Below are positions 29,792-39,953 of a DNA stretch of 64,000 bases, piece by piece. A program made the translations under genes and the position numbers. Origin of the DNA: Candidatus Sumerlaeaceae bacterium. GTDB lineage: Bacteria; Sumerlaeota; Sumerlaeia; Sumerlaeales; Sumerlaeaceae. The notes beneath the pieces were generated by a model. That model saw only the letters and a list, made by a program, of their open reading frames with translations. It had not been told where the DNA came from and searched no databases. The first letter of the stretch is position 1. Every line of letters begins with the position of its first letter. The stretch spans positions 256,001-320,000 of the forward strand of contig JBMFRB010000001.1 of the NCBI GenBank assembly GCA_049968255.1, given 5' to 3'.

Positions 29792-30664
29792 CTAAGACGA
29801 CCCTTTAGTGTCGCGGTGCGGGGAGGGATCGGTCGGCGAAGAATTCTCCTCGTGGAGCTTGGCGGCCTGCCAATAGCTCTCCATCTCGTCGAGTGGCATA
29901 TCAGCCAGAGGTCGCCCCAACTCGCGGCTCTTTTGCTCAATGTATTGAAAGCGCCGCCGAAATTTCTCTGCTGTTGCACGCACAGCTTCCTCGGCATCTA
30001 CTTCGAGAAAACGAGCGAGGTTCACGAGGGCAAAAATAAGGTCGCCAATTTCTTCTCCGGCGTGAATCTTGTCGTTGGCGGCGATGGCCTGACGGAGCTC
30101 GCCGATTTCTTCCTCCACTTTGTCCAACACTTGCAACGGGTTTTCCCAATCGAAACCCACACGCGCGGCTTTTTCTTGGATACGCTGGGCCTTGAGCAAT
30201 GCGGGGAGAACATTCGGTACTCCAGCAAGCACACTCGTGGCGTGCGGGTTGTCTTCGGTTTGGCCACCGTTTTTCTCTTCCCGTTCCTTGGCTTTCAGCT
30301 TTTCCCAGTTCTGGAGCACGTCCTGCGCTGTCCTAGCTTCTGTTTCGCCAAAAACGTGGGGATGCCGACGAATCATCTTGGCCGCGGCAGTTTCGATGAC
30401 CTCATCAATGTCGAACTTCCCGGTGCGCTTGGCCAGAACGGAGTGGAAGATGACTTGGAGCAGCACGTCGCCTAGCTCTTCAGCCAGATCAGCCCAGTTC
30501 TCGCGGTCAATCGCGTCGAGTGCTTCGTAGGCTTCTTCAACGAGGTAGGGTTTGAGGGTCTCGTGCGTCTGTTCGCGGTCCCAGGGGCAGCCGCCCGGCT
30601 CCTGTAGGCGCTCCATGATGCGCACGAGCCGCCGAAATGGCTCTTTGATTTCTTCGTACGCCAT
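29792..30664 (-). CDS. mazG: Nucleoside triphosphate pyrophosphohydrolase MazG
   Basis: GGCPWDREQTH, EELGDVLLQV, RRHPHVF, GFDW; start at ATG 30664. Confidence 0.95.
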   Translation of the reverse strand: MAYEEIKEPFRRLVRIMERLQEPGGCPWDREQTHETLKPYLVEEAYEALDAIDRENWADLAEELGDVLLQVIFHSVLAKRTGKFDIDEVIETAAAKMIRRHPHVFGETEARTAQDVLQNWEKLKAKEREEKNGGQTEDNPHATSVLAGVPNVLPALLKAQRIQEKAARVGFDWENPLQVLDKVEEEIGELRQAIAANDKIHAGEEIGDLIFALVNLARFLEVDAEEAVRATAEKFRRRFQYIEQKSRELGRPLADMPLDEMESYWQAAKLHEENSSPTDPSPHRDTKGSS

Positions 30665-30666
30665 GG

Positions 30667-31815
30667 TTACGCCCCTACCGAATTTGCATAGGCGGGCTTT
30701 TCGTTGCGCTTTTTGTACTCTTCGAGGTCGTAAGCGCGAAAAAGGTCGCCCCACTCCGTCTTCATGATCATTTCGACCCGCTTTTTGCCGATGAACGGAT
30801 ACCAGTAACCGTCGTGGTAAAGGCGCGAGGCAACATAGCTCCACGGGACAAGTGGCGACCGCAGCAAAATTTTTTCCAGAGGCTTGAGGGGCCCGTGATA
30901 GATCATGTGTTGGCCACGACTGGCAAAGGTTTGCGCCTGCTTTTGGTGATGAAAATTCACGCCTGAGATATCGTCACCGACGATTTCGATATCGCGGGGA
31001 TCGCCAACCCCCAAACCGTCCTCGTGAGCAATGCGGATGAAATCGATTTCCATGGGATCGAAGCCCTGGATCTTCGCGCTCACTGCATCGATGGCCGTTT
31101 GATCGGCGCTGGCGAGAATGACGTTCTGCACGCTGGGCATCATAGCGCGCGGCCCTGGCCCATCGCCGACAATAGAGCCGTCCATCACGGCGAAAAGGCC
31201 ACTATGAATTTCTTTTTGGATGCGAAGGAGGTCCACCAGTGTCTCGTGAATGACGCTGTGCGTCCAGTGGCGTTTTTCGTTTAGCAGCCCTCCAAACGCA
31301 TTTTTCATGGCGCCCGTAATCTGCGTAAAAACGTGCGTTTTGACTGTGGGCAAATGAATGATGTTGCGACCGAAGAAGAACTTCGGGATCTTTACACCGT
31401 CGGGATAGACTTTGTCGAGCACGCGGTACTTGCCGGTCTTGGGCGTGTATTGCACCCATTCCCATTGCGGCTCGTAAAGATGGATTGGCTTCAAGCCGTG
31501 TTTGTAGTCCACGGTGTTGAGGTGGTTATTCACGATCCCTTTTTTATCGTCCACAACAACCGTGCGATTGTGCGTAGGGATAATGCGCTTGGGATCGTAG
31601 CCGTCGGCAAGAAGCGTTGAAACTACCCCATCGTACTGCCAAGGCGCGGTCGAGCATGCAGGGAAATAGACGTGCCACGAGATATTGATCTTGATGAGAG
31701 TGTCGTGGTCTTTTGGGAGGTGTTTGTCATACTCTGCTAAGCGCATGAGGCGGGCATAGTCTTCAAGAATCGTCTTTGGCGACGTTTTCAAAAATGCAAC
31801 TTTCGCTTTTGCCAT
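30667..31815 (-). CDS. DUF362 domain protein
   Basis: LPTVKTH, TGAMKNAFG, GDGPGP, AIDAV motifs; stop lies 2 nt before the mazG start. Confidence 0.85.
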   Translation of the reverse strand: MAKAKVAFLKTSPKTILEDYARLMRLAEYDKHLPKDHDTLIKINISWHVYFPACSTAPWQYDGVVSTLLADGYDPKRIIPTHNRTVVVDDKKGIVNNHLNTVDYKHGLKPIHLYEPQWEWVQYTPKTGKYRVLDKVYPDGVKIPKFFFGRNIIHLPTVKTHVFTQITGAMKNAFGGLLNEKRHWTHSVIHETLVDLLRIQKEIHSGLFAVMDGSIVGDGPGPRAMMPSVQNVILASADQTAIDAVSAKIQGFDPMEIDFIRIAHEDGLGVGDPRDIEIVGDDISGVNFHHQKQAQTFASRGQHMIYHGPLKPLEKILLRSPLVPWSYVASRLYHDGYWYPFIGKKRVEMIMKTEWGDLFRAYDLEEYKKRNEKPAYANSVGA

Positions 31816-32005
31816 CGGCTTCAATCCTCTTATCGACCAATTCTTATGCAAGCTTTGATCGCTTTGCTCACGCCACCTCGAGAAGACAGCAACCAGCTAA
31901 AGTGCTAAACAAGCCGATACGGTAGGCTATTCTAGGCCGCAAAATATCGTTGGGGAAAAAGCGGCTCATTCGAGAGCAACCTGATTCTCAACATCAAAAA
32001 AAACA

Positions 32006-32035
32006 TTGCATGCTCGTCGGCCGTGCCGGTATACA
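32006..32035 (+). promoter_or_regulatory. Putative sigma-70 promoter of the M4 protease gene
   Basis: TTGCAT-18 bp-TATACA preceded by an A-tract, about 33 bp before the ATG. Confidence 0.35.
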
Positions 32036-32068
32036 CGCTGAGCAATCCGTTCTAAGCGAATTGGAAAA

Positions 32069-35000
32069 ATGATGAAAGTGATGCAGAGGATTCTCGTTGG
32101 ACCAAAGACTTTTTCGGCCATCTTTGCGGGACTCTGTTTTGTAAGCGTTTATGCTGCGTCGGTTCCCCCAGAGACCAAAGCGGTCGAGGCTGGCAAATCG
32201 CTCCTAGCGCAAGGCGGCCCTCATGCGCAGATTTCGTATCACCGTGAAACTGGCAAGATCCGCTTTTTTGGCACCCAAACAGGAATGGGTATTTTGACTC
32301 CAAGGGCACAATCGCTTGCCGGCTCTGGAGCGTCGGCTGAAGAAACCGCGCGCGCCTTCATTCAAGACTACGCTGCCGCATACGGAATTCACGACGCGCA
32401 GCGTGAGCTACGCGTGATGCGTTCGCGTGCTCTGCCTGGCGGCCGGAACGTTGTGCGTTTCCAGCAACTTTACCAGGGGTTGCCAGTCATTGGCGGGGAA
32501 ATCATCGTTCACCAAAATGAACGACGCGCAGTGACCGCGACCATTGGCGAGCTGCAACCGGACCTCGACGTGGATACGCAGCCGACGGTTTCCGCGGAAG
32601 ACGCTGAACGAACAGCAAAAACATTGTGTGCGAAGCTTTATGGGGTTCCTGAAGGGAGCCTCGTGGCAAGCAGCCCACAGCTCTCTATCTATTCTCCTGC
32701 ATTGATGGACGATAAGAAGATAGTCCGCTCCCCCGCACTCGTCTGGCAAATGGAAGTAAGCGGCTCAAGTGAGCCGCCGGTTCGAGAATACGTTTTGGTC
32801 GAAGCAAAGACGGGGAGAATTGCGTTACATTTTAGCAAAATTTATCGCTCAAAGCAGAGACAAGTTTACGACTGTAACCACTCATCGGCCCTTCCCGGCA
32901 CTTTGGTGCGCCAAGAAGGTCAGCCTCCGTCAAGCATTGCAGACGCAAACAGCGCCTACGACGCAACCGGAGCGACTTACGATTTCTATGCGAATGTCCT
33001 GGGGCGAGATAGCATCGATGGAGCAGGTATGGCGCTTATTTCGGCGGTTCGCTACTGCCCATCGTCGTCTGAATGCCCTTATCAAAATGCTTTCTGGGAT
33101 GGCGCAGAGATGGTCTTCGGGGACGAGATGACTGCCGACGACGTTTGCGCACACGAACTGACTCACGGCGTAACTGAACACGAGTCGGGGCTCTTTTACT
33201 ACATGCAGTCGGGCGCGATTAACGAAGCCATGTCGGATATTTTTGGGGAGTTCGTCGATCTCTCAGATGGCCTTGGCAACGATTCGCCGTCCGTGCGCTG
33301 GAAAATTGGAGAGGACCTTCCTACCTCCATTGGTGTTATCCGAGATATGGCAAATCCTCCCGACTATGGCCAACCGGACACAACGACGAACAGCTTATAT
33401 TACTGCGGGTTGTGGGACAATGGCGGAGTCCATACTAATAGCGGAATCGCGAACAAGTGTGCTTTCCTCATGACCGACGGCAGCTCTTTCAATGGATACA
33501 ACGTCGAGCCGTTGGGTTTGGCCAAGACAGCAAGGATTTGGTATGAAGTGAATTGCAACTACCTCACGAGCGCAGCAGATTATCAAGACCTGGGCGACGC
33601 GCTTGTGCAGGCGGCTCTGTCCTTGGTTGGAACAACAGTTTATGGCGGGGAAACCATTACGCTAGCCGACGTACAACAGGTGAAAAATGCAGTGGATGCT
33701 GTGGGGATGGAGATTCCGCCCGCCGACTGCCCAGCAACGGATGCTGCTATCTGCCCTGATTTCGACAGGCAGCCTTTCGATCTCTTTTACGACGATTTAG
33801 AAAATCCGAGTAAAGGGCTCTGGGCAAAGGGCTATGCAGTGGGCGGATCATATTTTTACTATCCCCAAAATCCGAACCTCTGGGGATTCGATGCAACTTA
33901 TGCCACAAGCGGACACACGAACTTTTTTGGCGCTGATGTTTCAAATAAGAGTGACTCGTGGATTGCTATGACACAGAGCGTGGCGTTGCCGACAACCGCC
34001 CCGGCAATCTACATGCATTTCAACCATGCGTATGATTTCGATCCGCCCTATTACGACGGAGGTGTCGTAGAATACAGCACTGACAACGGAATCACGTGGA
34101 ATGACGCAGGGAGTCTCATCGAGGAAAACGGTTACACGAATACCATTTCAACAAGCTTCGAAAATCCGTTAGGTGGCAGGCGAGCATTTTGTGGGAGGAG
34201 TAACGGTTACATTTCCACCCGCCTCAATCTGACACCGCTGAAGGGACAAAGCGTGCGTTTCCGTTTCCGGATGGGCACGGATACATCGGCTGGGGAGTTG
34301 GGATGGTTCATTGACGACATCCGTATCTACCTTTGTGGCTATAGGGTCGAAACGGTAAGTACGGATGCGTTGACAACCCCTGCTGGCTGGTTCGAATTCA
34401 TGCGCGTACCTCAAGGTGGGGGCGCAAGCACAGATTTTGATGATAGTGTGGGGGCTATTCGCGCATGGGTGGCCAGCGATGCCGCGCGTTATCGCATCGT
34501 CGGTTGGTTGGCCAACCGCCAGAATTGGCTTCCGTACTATTATGTGGGGCCTACCAATTTCGCGCGCGGCAAATTCTATGTCTACGCCACAGGCCAGTCC
34601 AATCCCTCGCAGCTCAACTCGATCCCGAACTTCCGGTTGCGCTTGGCGAACCGCTTCGCTGTGAATTCGATGCTCGAGGTGCTGCCGCATTCGAGCGCGA
34701 CAAGTGGCGACGAGTCGATTTCGCTCGAGTTGCGCCCTTCGACCGATCCAACGCGGCCGTCGCTCTATCGCGTGGATTTTGCACCTGTGAACGTGCCATG
34801 GCTTGAGCAGAATCCTTTTACGGAGGGCATCACGCGCGGTTTCGAGATCTACGCACTCGATCCGCAAGACAACGGCTACGTGTGCCTGGCAGAATCTTCG
34901 ATCGGTGTTTATCCAAAATCTGCTGTCTCGGTCGCGGGCTCGAACTTAATGTGGTTGGCCACGTACGCACCAACGAACAGTGACGCAGGTGATCTAAATC

Positions 35001-35704
35001 CAAACAAATCGGGCGCGACGTTGGAGAAGTTCAGCCTGCTCATGCCGAGCACGGCGGGAGAATTTCCGGCCCGAGATAACTCGGTGGCGCCGAACGTTTC
35101 TGCGGGGCCTTGGGGCGTGACCATTGACTCGACTGCCTTTGATAATCAGGGTGGTAGCCGTGTGGGGGTGGTGCAGATTGATTTCTCGCCGGATGTGGCT
35201 ACAGGGCAGCACGTGCGCATTGAACCCAATAAACAGTACATGGTGCGTTATCATGTCACCTCGACCCAGCAGTCGAGTCTCAATCCGCAGCTGCGGCTGC
35301 GAGTGCGCACCGTGCGTTTCGCCTGGACTCAAAAATATGAGGTTGGTGGAGCTTGGGCCATTGCCACACCTGAGCACTCAACTCTGGCGGCCCAAGCCTT
35401 GCCGGGCATTGGTTGCGCAAATCCGGACAAAGTCGGTGGGGAGGCGGGCGGCTGGTATACGGTGCTCGTGCATTCGCCACTAAATCTTGACATTCGGCCA
35501 GATATGGGCGGCCCCCTGTCGAGCCGCATGCCTAATCTCAGCTCGCAGCCTGGGCCAGGCGAGCCAGGGACATCGCTGCGCGACTTGAAAGTGGCTTTCG
35601 ATCTCATTGACACCATGAGCCCAAGCATCAATGCCCCACTTGAAGCCGGCAATTTCACGGTAGACCGCATCGAGGTCTTCTCATTCGACCAGATCCCAGA
35701 TTAG
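32069..35704 (+). CDS. Secreted M4 (thermolysin-like) metallopeptidase with C-terminal beta-sandwich and unknown domain
   Basis: Signal peptide, FTP/PepSY-like propeptide (VRFQQLYQGLPV), NAFWDG, HELTH, GAINEAMSD, DNGGVHTNSG. Confidence 0.92.
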   Translation: MMKVMQRILVGPKTFSAIFAGLCFVSVYAASVPPETKAVEAGKSLLAQGGPHAQISYHRETGKIRFFGTQTGMGILTPRAQSLAGSGASAEETARAFIQDYAAAYGIHDAQRELRVMRSRALPGGRNVVRFQQLYQGLPVIGGEIIVHQNERRAVTATIGELQPDLDVDTQPTVSAEDAERTAKTLCAKLYGVPEGSLVASSPQLSIYSPALMDDKKIVRSPALVWQMEVSGSSEPPVREYVLVEAKTGRIALHFSKIYRSKQRQVYDCNHSSALPGTLVRQEGQPPSSIADANSAYDATGATYDFYANVLGRDSIDGAGMALISAVRYCPSSSECPYQNAFWDGAEMVFGDEMTADDVCAHELTHGVTEHESGLFYYMQSGAINEAMSDIFGEFVDLSDGLGNDSPSVRWKIGEDLPTSIGVIRDMANPPDYGQPDTTTNSLYYCGLWDNGGVHTNSGIANKCAFLMTDGSSFNGYNVEPLGLAKTARIWYEVNCNYLTSAADYQDLGDALVQAALSLVGTTVYGGETITLADVQQVKNAVDAVGMEIPPADCPATDAAICPDFDRQPFDLFYDDLENPSKGLWAKGYAVGGSYFYYPQNPNLWGFDATYATSGHTNFFGADVSNKSDSWIAMTQSVALPTTAPAIYMHFNHAYDFDPPYYDGGVVEYSTDNGITWNDAGSLIEENGYTNTISTSFENPLGGRRAFCGRSNGYISTRLNLTPLKGQSVRFRFRMGTDTSAGELGWFIDDIRIYLCGYRVETVSTDALTTPAGWFEFMRVPQGGGASTDFDDSVGAIRAWVASDAARYRIVGWLANRQNWLPYYYVGPTNFARGKFYVYATGQSNPSQLNSIPNFRLRLANRFAVNSMLEVLPHSSATSGDESISLELRPSTDPTRPSLYRVDFAPVNVPWLEQNPFTEGITRGFEIYALDPQDNGYVCLAESSIGVYPKSAVSVAGSNLMWLATYAPTNSDAGDLNPNKSGATLEKFSLLMPSTAGEFPARDNSVAPNVSAGPWGVTIDSTAFDNQGGSRVGVVQIDFSPDVATGQHVRIEPNKQYMVRYHVTSTQQSSLNPQLRLRVRTVRFAWTQKYEVGGAWAIATPEHSTLAAQALPGIGCANPDKVGGEAGGWYTVLVHSPLNLDIRPDMGGPLSSRMPNLSSQPGPGEPGTSLRDLKVAFDLIDTMSPSINAPLEAGNFTVDRIEVFSFDQIPD

Positions 35705-36148
35705 TTCCACCGGGGTGCCTGAAGGCATGTGAAAGGACTCACCATGCCCAAGGGGATGATGCATGAACATGGGAAAAACTTCGTGGGTCCTCGCCACAAC
35801 GAGGGAGCTAATCGAGTGGCTATTATGTGAGTGGTGACTGCGTGGGAATAGTCGTCGCCTTAGGAACAAAGGCGACGGGCGCAAAGGCAACGTTGTCTTC
35901 GGACGTCGCGTGATTTGTGGGAGGGTGTGCGCGCTTTTCTTTTGACCTTGAGCGTCCCTTCTCGGCATTTAAGAACTCAAACACGATTGGGAAAAACGAC
36001 GAAGCTAGGCGGCGCCAAATGCGCGTAAGGTGAGAGTGTGAGGAACACACATCTGACGCGTCTTTGCGTATCTGCCAGAGGGGCCATGTTTAGGGATGAT
36101 CGCAAGCCCCCCGTAGCGGAAAGTTAGCCCAGAGGAGAATATCATAAC

Positions 36149-39100
36149 ATGTTAGGTGACCGAACGATTGAAAAACCAAATGCTCTTTTATTAGGGGTCC
36201 TCACGATCATTCTGGCTTCGGCGCTAGGCTGGGCCGCCCCGGATCCGGCAACCGATTGTAACCACAATGGCAAGCCTGACTCGCAGGATTTGACGACCAA
36301 CACTCGCGCTTTTAGAATTTTCTCGGACGATTTTGAGGGCGGTAAACTGGAGGATAACTGGATTGCGACGGGGCTATGGCGCATTGACAAGACGGAGTGC
36401 TTGGATGAAGTTCCGCCGACAGACCAAGATCCGCCCCCGCAGAACGACTACCGTGCTGCTTACAATCGCGACAAAGATCACTGCGACTATAACACGGGCA
36501 GCCGCAATTCCGGTGCCTTGGAGATGGCGACGTCGGTGACGATTCCGGCAGTCGGTGCTGAACTGGTTTGGTGGAACTGGGTCGAAACCGAGGACACGCG
36601 TGACCTGGATACGTGGCAAGTGCAAGTATCTGCAAACAACGGTGAAACGTGGCAAACAGTGTTTGATCACCACGGAAAAAGCGAGCCGCTGTGGACTCAA
36701 TACACGGTCTCGCTTTACGACTATCGCCAGCAGAAAATCAAAATTCGCTTTGTCTTCGACAGCCGGGATTCTTACAATAATAATTTTAAAGGATGGTTCA
36801 TTGACGACGTCGCGATCTGGGGATATGACGCTTTTAGCCTGGACTGCAACGCGAACAGCATCCCAGACGAGTGCGAGCCGGACTGCAATGCCAACGGAAT
36901 TCCTGACTCGTGCGAACTTGCTGAAAACTCGACTCTTGATTGCAACAGTAACGGAATCCTCGACGAGTGTGAGTCTGCCGATGAGATTACGACGTCTTCG
37001 GCCAAGTACTCCCCCTTCGATGTAGACCACCTGCCCGCGAGATTCACCTTCAAACCCCTTCCACCAGCTCGTGGAAAAGTGCGACTCGACCTGATCGGCT
37101 ATGGGAATTTTGGCACGGCGTACACGCATCGGATTGATGTTTATTTGAATTCTAACCTTTTGGGAAACGTCCGTATCCGAACGGGGGATAGCCCTTGCGG
37201 CTCAGGAATGACAAGCATGATTCTCGACGCTGGCCTTTTCAACTCGCTAACACGTAACAGTGACCAGTCCGCGACGTTCCGGTTAGTACCTGGCGATGAG
37301 GTGGCCCCGCGGTGCGAAAGCTCATATATCCAGATGGGGATTTCCTACCTCACACCAGACAGAGCGCTCGATTGCAATGGAAACGCTCTGCCCGACGAAT
37401 GTGACCTTGCCTCAGGAACGTCCCGCGATTGCAATGCCAACGGCATCCCTGACGAATGTGACATTGCCGATCATACGAGCGAGGACTGCAACCGAAACAG
37501 AGTGCCTGACGAATGCGACTTAGCCTCGGGGACTTCGCATGATTGCAACGCGAACGAAGTGCCTGACGAATGCGACTTAGCCTCGGGGACTTCGCATGAT
37601 TGCAACGCGAACGAAGTGCCTGACGAATGCGATGTGGCTGATCTCACTAGCCAAGACACGAACGAGGACGGAATTCCTGATGAGTGTCAGATCGAGCAAG
37701 ACGTGACACCTTGCGGAAGTGAGCTAACTCCCAGCGCGATCTGGTTTGACGATTTCGAAAATCCTGCGGCCGATCGGTGGACCACGGCCGTCTTACGGGG
37801 GACTAACACTTGGTATTACCCACCCCCACCAGAAGAACTAGATCCCTCAAGTGGGATGCTCAACGCATGGGGAGGGCGGTACACCTCGCCGAGCGATTCG
37901 GTCCTTGAAATGCGGGATTTCGTGGAAATCCCCACGACGGTGCCCTGCTATCTCTATTTTCTTCATGCGCACGATTTCGAGTATTATCCTGGAAACTACG
38001 ACGGAGGGGTGGTCGAATACATCACCGATGACCTCGGAACAACGTGGACAGACCTTGGGCCTCTGATGGACGCTAACGGATATCGAGGGAAAATAGCGTT
38101 GAATTACCAAAATCCGCTGGCAGGGCGTAACGCATTTGTTGGCTCGAGTGACGGATACATTGCTACCCGCGCAAACCTGTCATCTTTAGCAGGTAAGCGG
38201 GTGAAAATTCGTTTCCGTGTGGGGACTGACTGGAGCGGGGTGAGCAGGGGATGGTACATTGACGATGTCCGTTTCTCCGCCTGTCAGTTTGTGACGGACG
38301 AGAAGACTAAAGAGGACTTTACGCAACCGCCTCTGGGTTGGGTGGAGCTTTCACGGGTACCGAGCAGTGATGGCCTAGCGGCCACAGACTACGACAATGT
38401 GCAGGGAGCGCTGTGTGCTCGTGTGAGCTCCGATGAAAACCATTTCCGAGTCGTGGGCTGGTTTACAGATACGGCCAACCGCTTGCCATATGCCAGCGTC
38501 GGCCCAGATCACTACGTTCGGGCCAAGTTCTATGTTTATGCGACAGGCCAGAGTAATCCCGCGCAGCTCAATACGATTCCCAACTTCCGGATGCGCGTGG
38601 CGAACCGTTTTGCGGTAAACTCGATGTTGGAGGTCAACGCACACGTCAACGCTTCGCCCGGAGATGAACCTGTGACGCTAGAAGTGCGGCCCTCGACTGA
38701 CCCGACAAAGCCTTCGCTTTACCGAGTGGACTTTGATCCCGTGGATGTGCCCCAGCTCATTATTCATCCTTACACCGAGGGGATTCTTCGTGGCTTTGAA
38801 GCCTACTGCCTAGACCCTCAGGACAACGGCGCGGTTTGTTTGACGGAGTCCTCGATTGGGGTTTATCCGAAGAGTTGGGTCTCGCCTGAGAAATCTGCGT
38901 TCATGTGGCTCAAGACCTACCAAACGACACCGCCGACAGCGGGTGATTTTGCATTTTCGAACCCCGATACTACGGTGGACATTGTCTCGCTACGAATCAC
39001 GGGTGATGGTACCTTCCCCATCCGCGATTATGACATCACCCCGGGCGCATGGGCCAATGCTGACGGGCTAACCATGGATTCGACTGACTTTGACAATTAT

Positions 39101-39655
39101 ATAGACGGCTATCGTATCGGCGTTGTACAAGCTGATCTAGGCGCGGGTCCGCGTGCGCAGCGCGTGCGCATCGAAGCGGGCAAGCAGTACATGGTGCGCT
39201 TCCACGTGACTTCGACACAGCAGTCGAATCTCAACCCGCAGCTCCGCCTTCGCGTTCGCACACTTCGCTTCGGGTGGGTTCAGAAATACGAAGTCGGCGG
39301 CGCCTGGGCAATCAATACTCCTGAGCACGTAGCGCTAGCCTCGCAAGCGCTGCCAGGCATCGGTTGCAGGAACCCCGACAAGATTGGGACGGAGAACGGT
39401 GGATGGTATACAGTGCTTGTGCACTCGCCGATGAATCCTGACATTCGTCCGGATGTTGAGGGCACCTTGTGTGACAAAATGCCAAACATTTGCGCGCAGC
39501 CAGGCCCTGGCGTGGATGCAGACTCGATTCGCGATCTCAAGGTCGGTGTGGACCTTCTCGATACTCTTAGCACGAGTGTCAATAAAGACCTCGAAGCTGG
39601 AAGGTTTACAGTGGATCGAATCGAGGTCTTTTCGTTCAATACGATCCCTGACTAG
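36149..39655 (+). CDS. Large secreted protein with Cys/Asp (TSP3-like) repeats, two beta-sandwich domains and the C-terminal domain shared with the M4 protease
   Basis: GAGGAG RBS, signal peptide, about 10 DCNxNxxPDEC-type repeats, two GW(F/Y)IDDV-ending modules. Confidence 0.88.
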   Translation: MLGDRTIEKPNALLLGVLTIILASALGWAAPDPATDCNHNGKPDSQDLTTNTRAFRIFSDDFEGGKLEDNWIATGLWRIDKTECLDEVPPTDQDPPPQNDYRAAYNRDKDHCDYNTGSRNSGALEMATSVTIPAVGAELVWWNWVETEDTRDLDTWQVQVSANNGETWQTVFDHHGKSEPLWTQYTVSLYDYRQQKIKIRFVFDSRDSYNNNFKGWFIDDVAIWGYDAFSLDCNANSIPDECEPDCNANGIPDSCELAENSTLDCNSNGILDECESADEITTSSAKYSPFDVDHLPARFTFKPLPPARGKVRLDLIGYGNFGTAYTHRIDVYLNSNLLGNVRIRTGDSPCGSGMTSMILDAGLFNSLTRNSDQSATFRLVPGDEVAPRCESSYIQMGISYLTPDRALDCNGNALPDECDLASGTSRDCNANGIPDECDIADHTSEDCNRNRVPDECDLASGTSHDCNANEVPDECDLASGTSHDCNANEVPDECDVADLTSQDTNEDGIPDECQIEQDVTPCGSELTPSAIWFDDFENPAADRWTTAVLRGTNTWYYPPPPEELDPSSGMLNAWGGRYTSPSDSVLEMRDFVEIPTTVPCYLYFLHAHDFEYYPGNYDGGVVEYITDDLGTTWTDLGPLMDANGYRGKIALNYQNPLAGRNAFVGSSDGYIATRANLSSLAGKRVKIRFRVGTDWSGVSRGWYIDDVRFSACQFVTDEKTKEDFTQPPLGWVELSRVPSSDGLAATDYDNVQGALCARVSSDENHFRVVGWFTDTANRLPYASVGPDHYVRAKFYVYATGQSNPAQLNTIPNFRMRVANRFAVNSMLEVNAHVNASPGDEPVTLEVRPSTDPTKPSLYRVDFDPVDVPQLIIHPYTEGILRGFEAYCLDPQDNGAVCLTESSIGVYPKSWVSPEKSAFMWLKTYQTTPPTAGDFAFSNPDTTVDIVSLRITGDGTFPIRDYDITPGAWANADGLTMDSTDFDNYIDGYRIGVVQADLGAGPRAQRVRIEAGKQYMVRFHVTSTQQSNLNPQLRLRVRTLRFGWVQKYEVGGAWAINTPEHVALASQALPGIGCRNPDKIGTENGGWYTVLVHSPMNPDIRPDVEGTLCDKMPNICAQPGPGVDADSIRDLKVGVDLLDTLSTSVNKDLEAGRFTVDRIEVFSFNTIPD
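37501..37632 (+). repeat. Perfect 57-bp in-frame tandem repeat (about 2.3 copies)
   Basis: AGTGCCTGACGAATGCGACTTAGCCTCGGGGACTTCGCATGATTGCAACGCGAACGA at 37501 and 37558, partial copy at 37615. Confidence 0.93.
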
Positions 39656-39699
39656 AGTCTGCGTGCCGATCAAGCTGGCACTTGCTCGATGGAACATTT

Positions 39700-39732
39700 A
39701 GGGCTACTTTCCCAAAGGGAAGTAGCCCTTTT
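39700..39732 (+). terminator. Intrinsic terminator
   Basis: AGGGCTACTTTCCC-AAA-GGGAAGTAGCCCT hairpin followed by T-tract after the repeat protein gene. Confidence 0.75.
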
Positions 39733-39953
39733 CCTTCACTTGTTGCTGCCCGACCACGCTGAGGCACTCTTTACCATCAAAGTCTAGGTAAGTAGCAGAT
39801 CCGCCCGCAACTTCCCTTCTGATTTACAAGTTTGCGCGCCAAAGCTTAGCCACGGGCCTTCGCTCCTTCTGAAGGAGCGGCGCCATAACGAGGGAATCAG
39901 AGAAGAGCAGAAGGCCCCCAAGTTGCGCGCAGTGAAATTGCTAATAAGTTTTC

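Noticed and set aside
35850-35910. c-di-GMP-I riboswitch-like GGGCGCAAAG next to a hairpin
   Set aside because: The GGCAAAC/GAAA-tetraloop P1-P2 architecture is missing; only a plain hairpin is present.
37501-37632. Direct repeats as a possible CRISPR array
   Set aside because: In-frame coding tandem repeat with no spacers and no cas genes.
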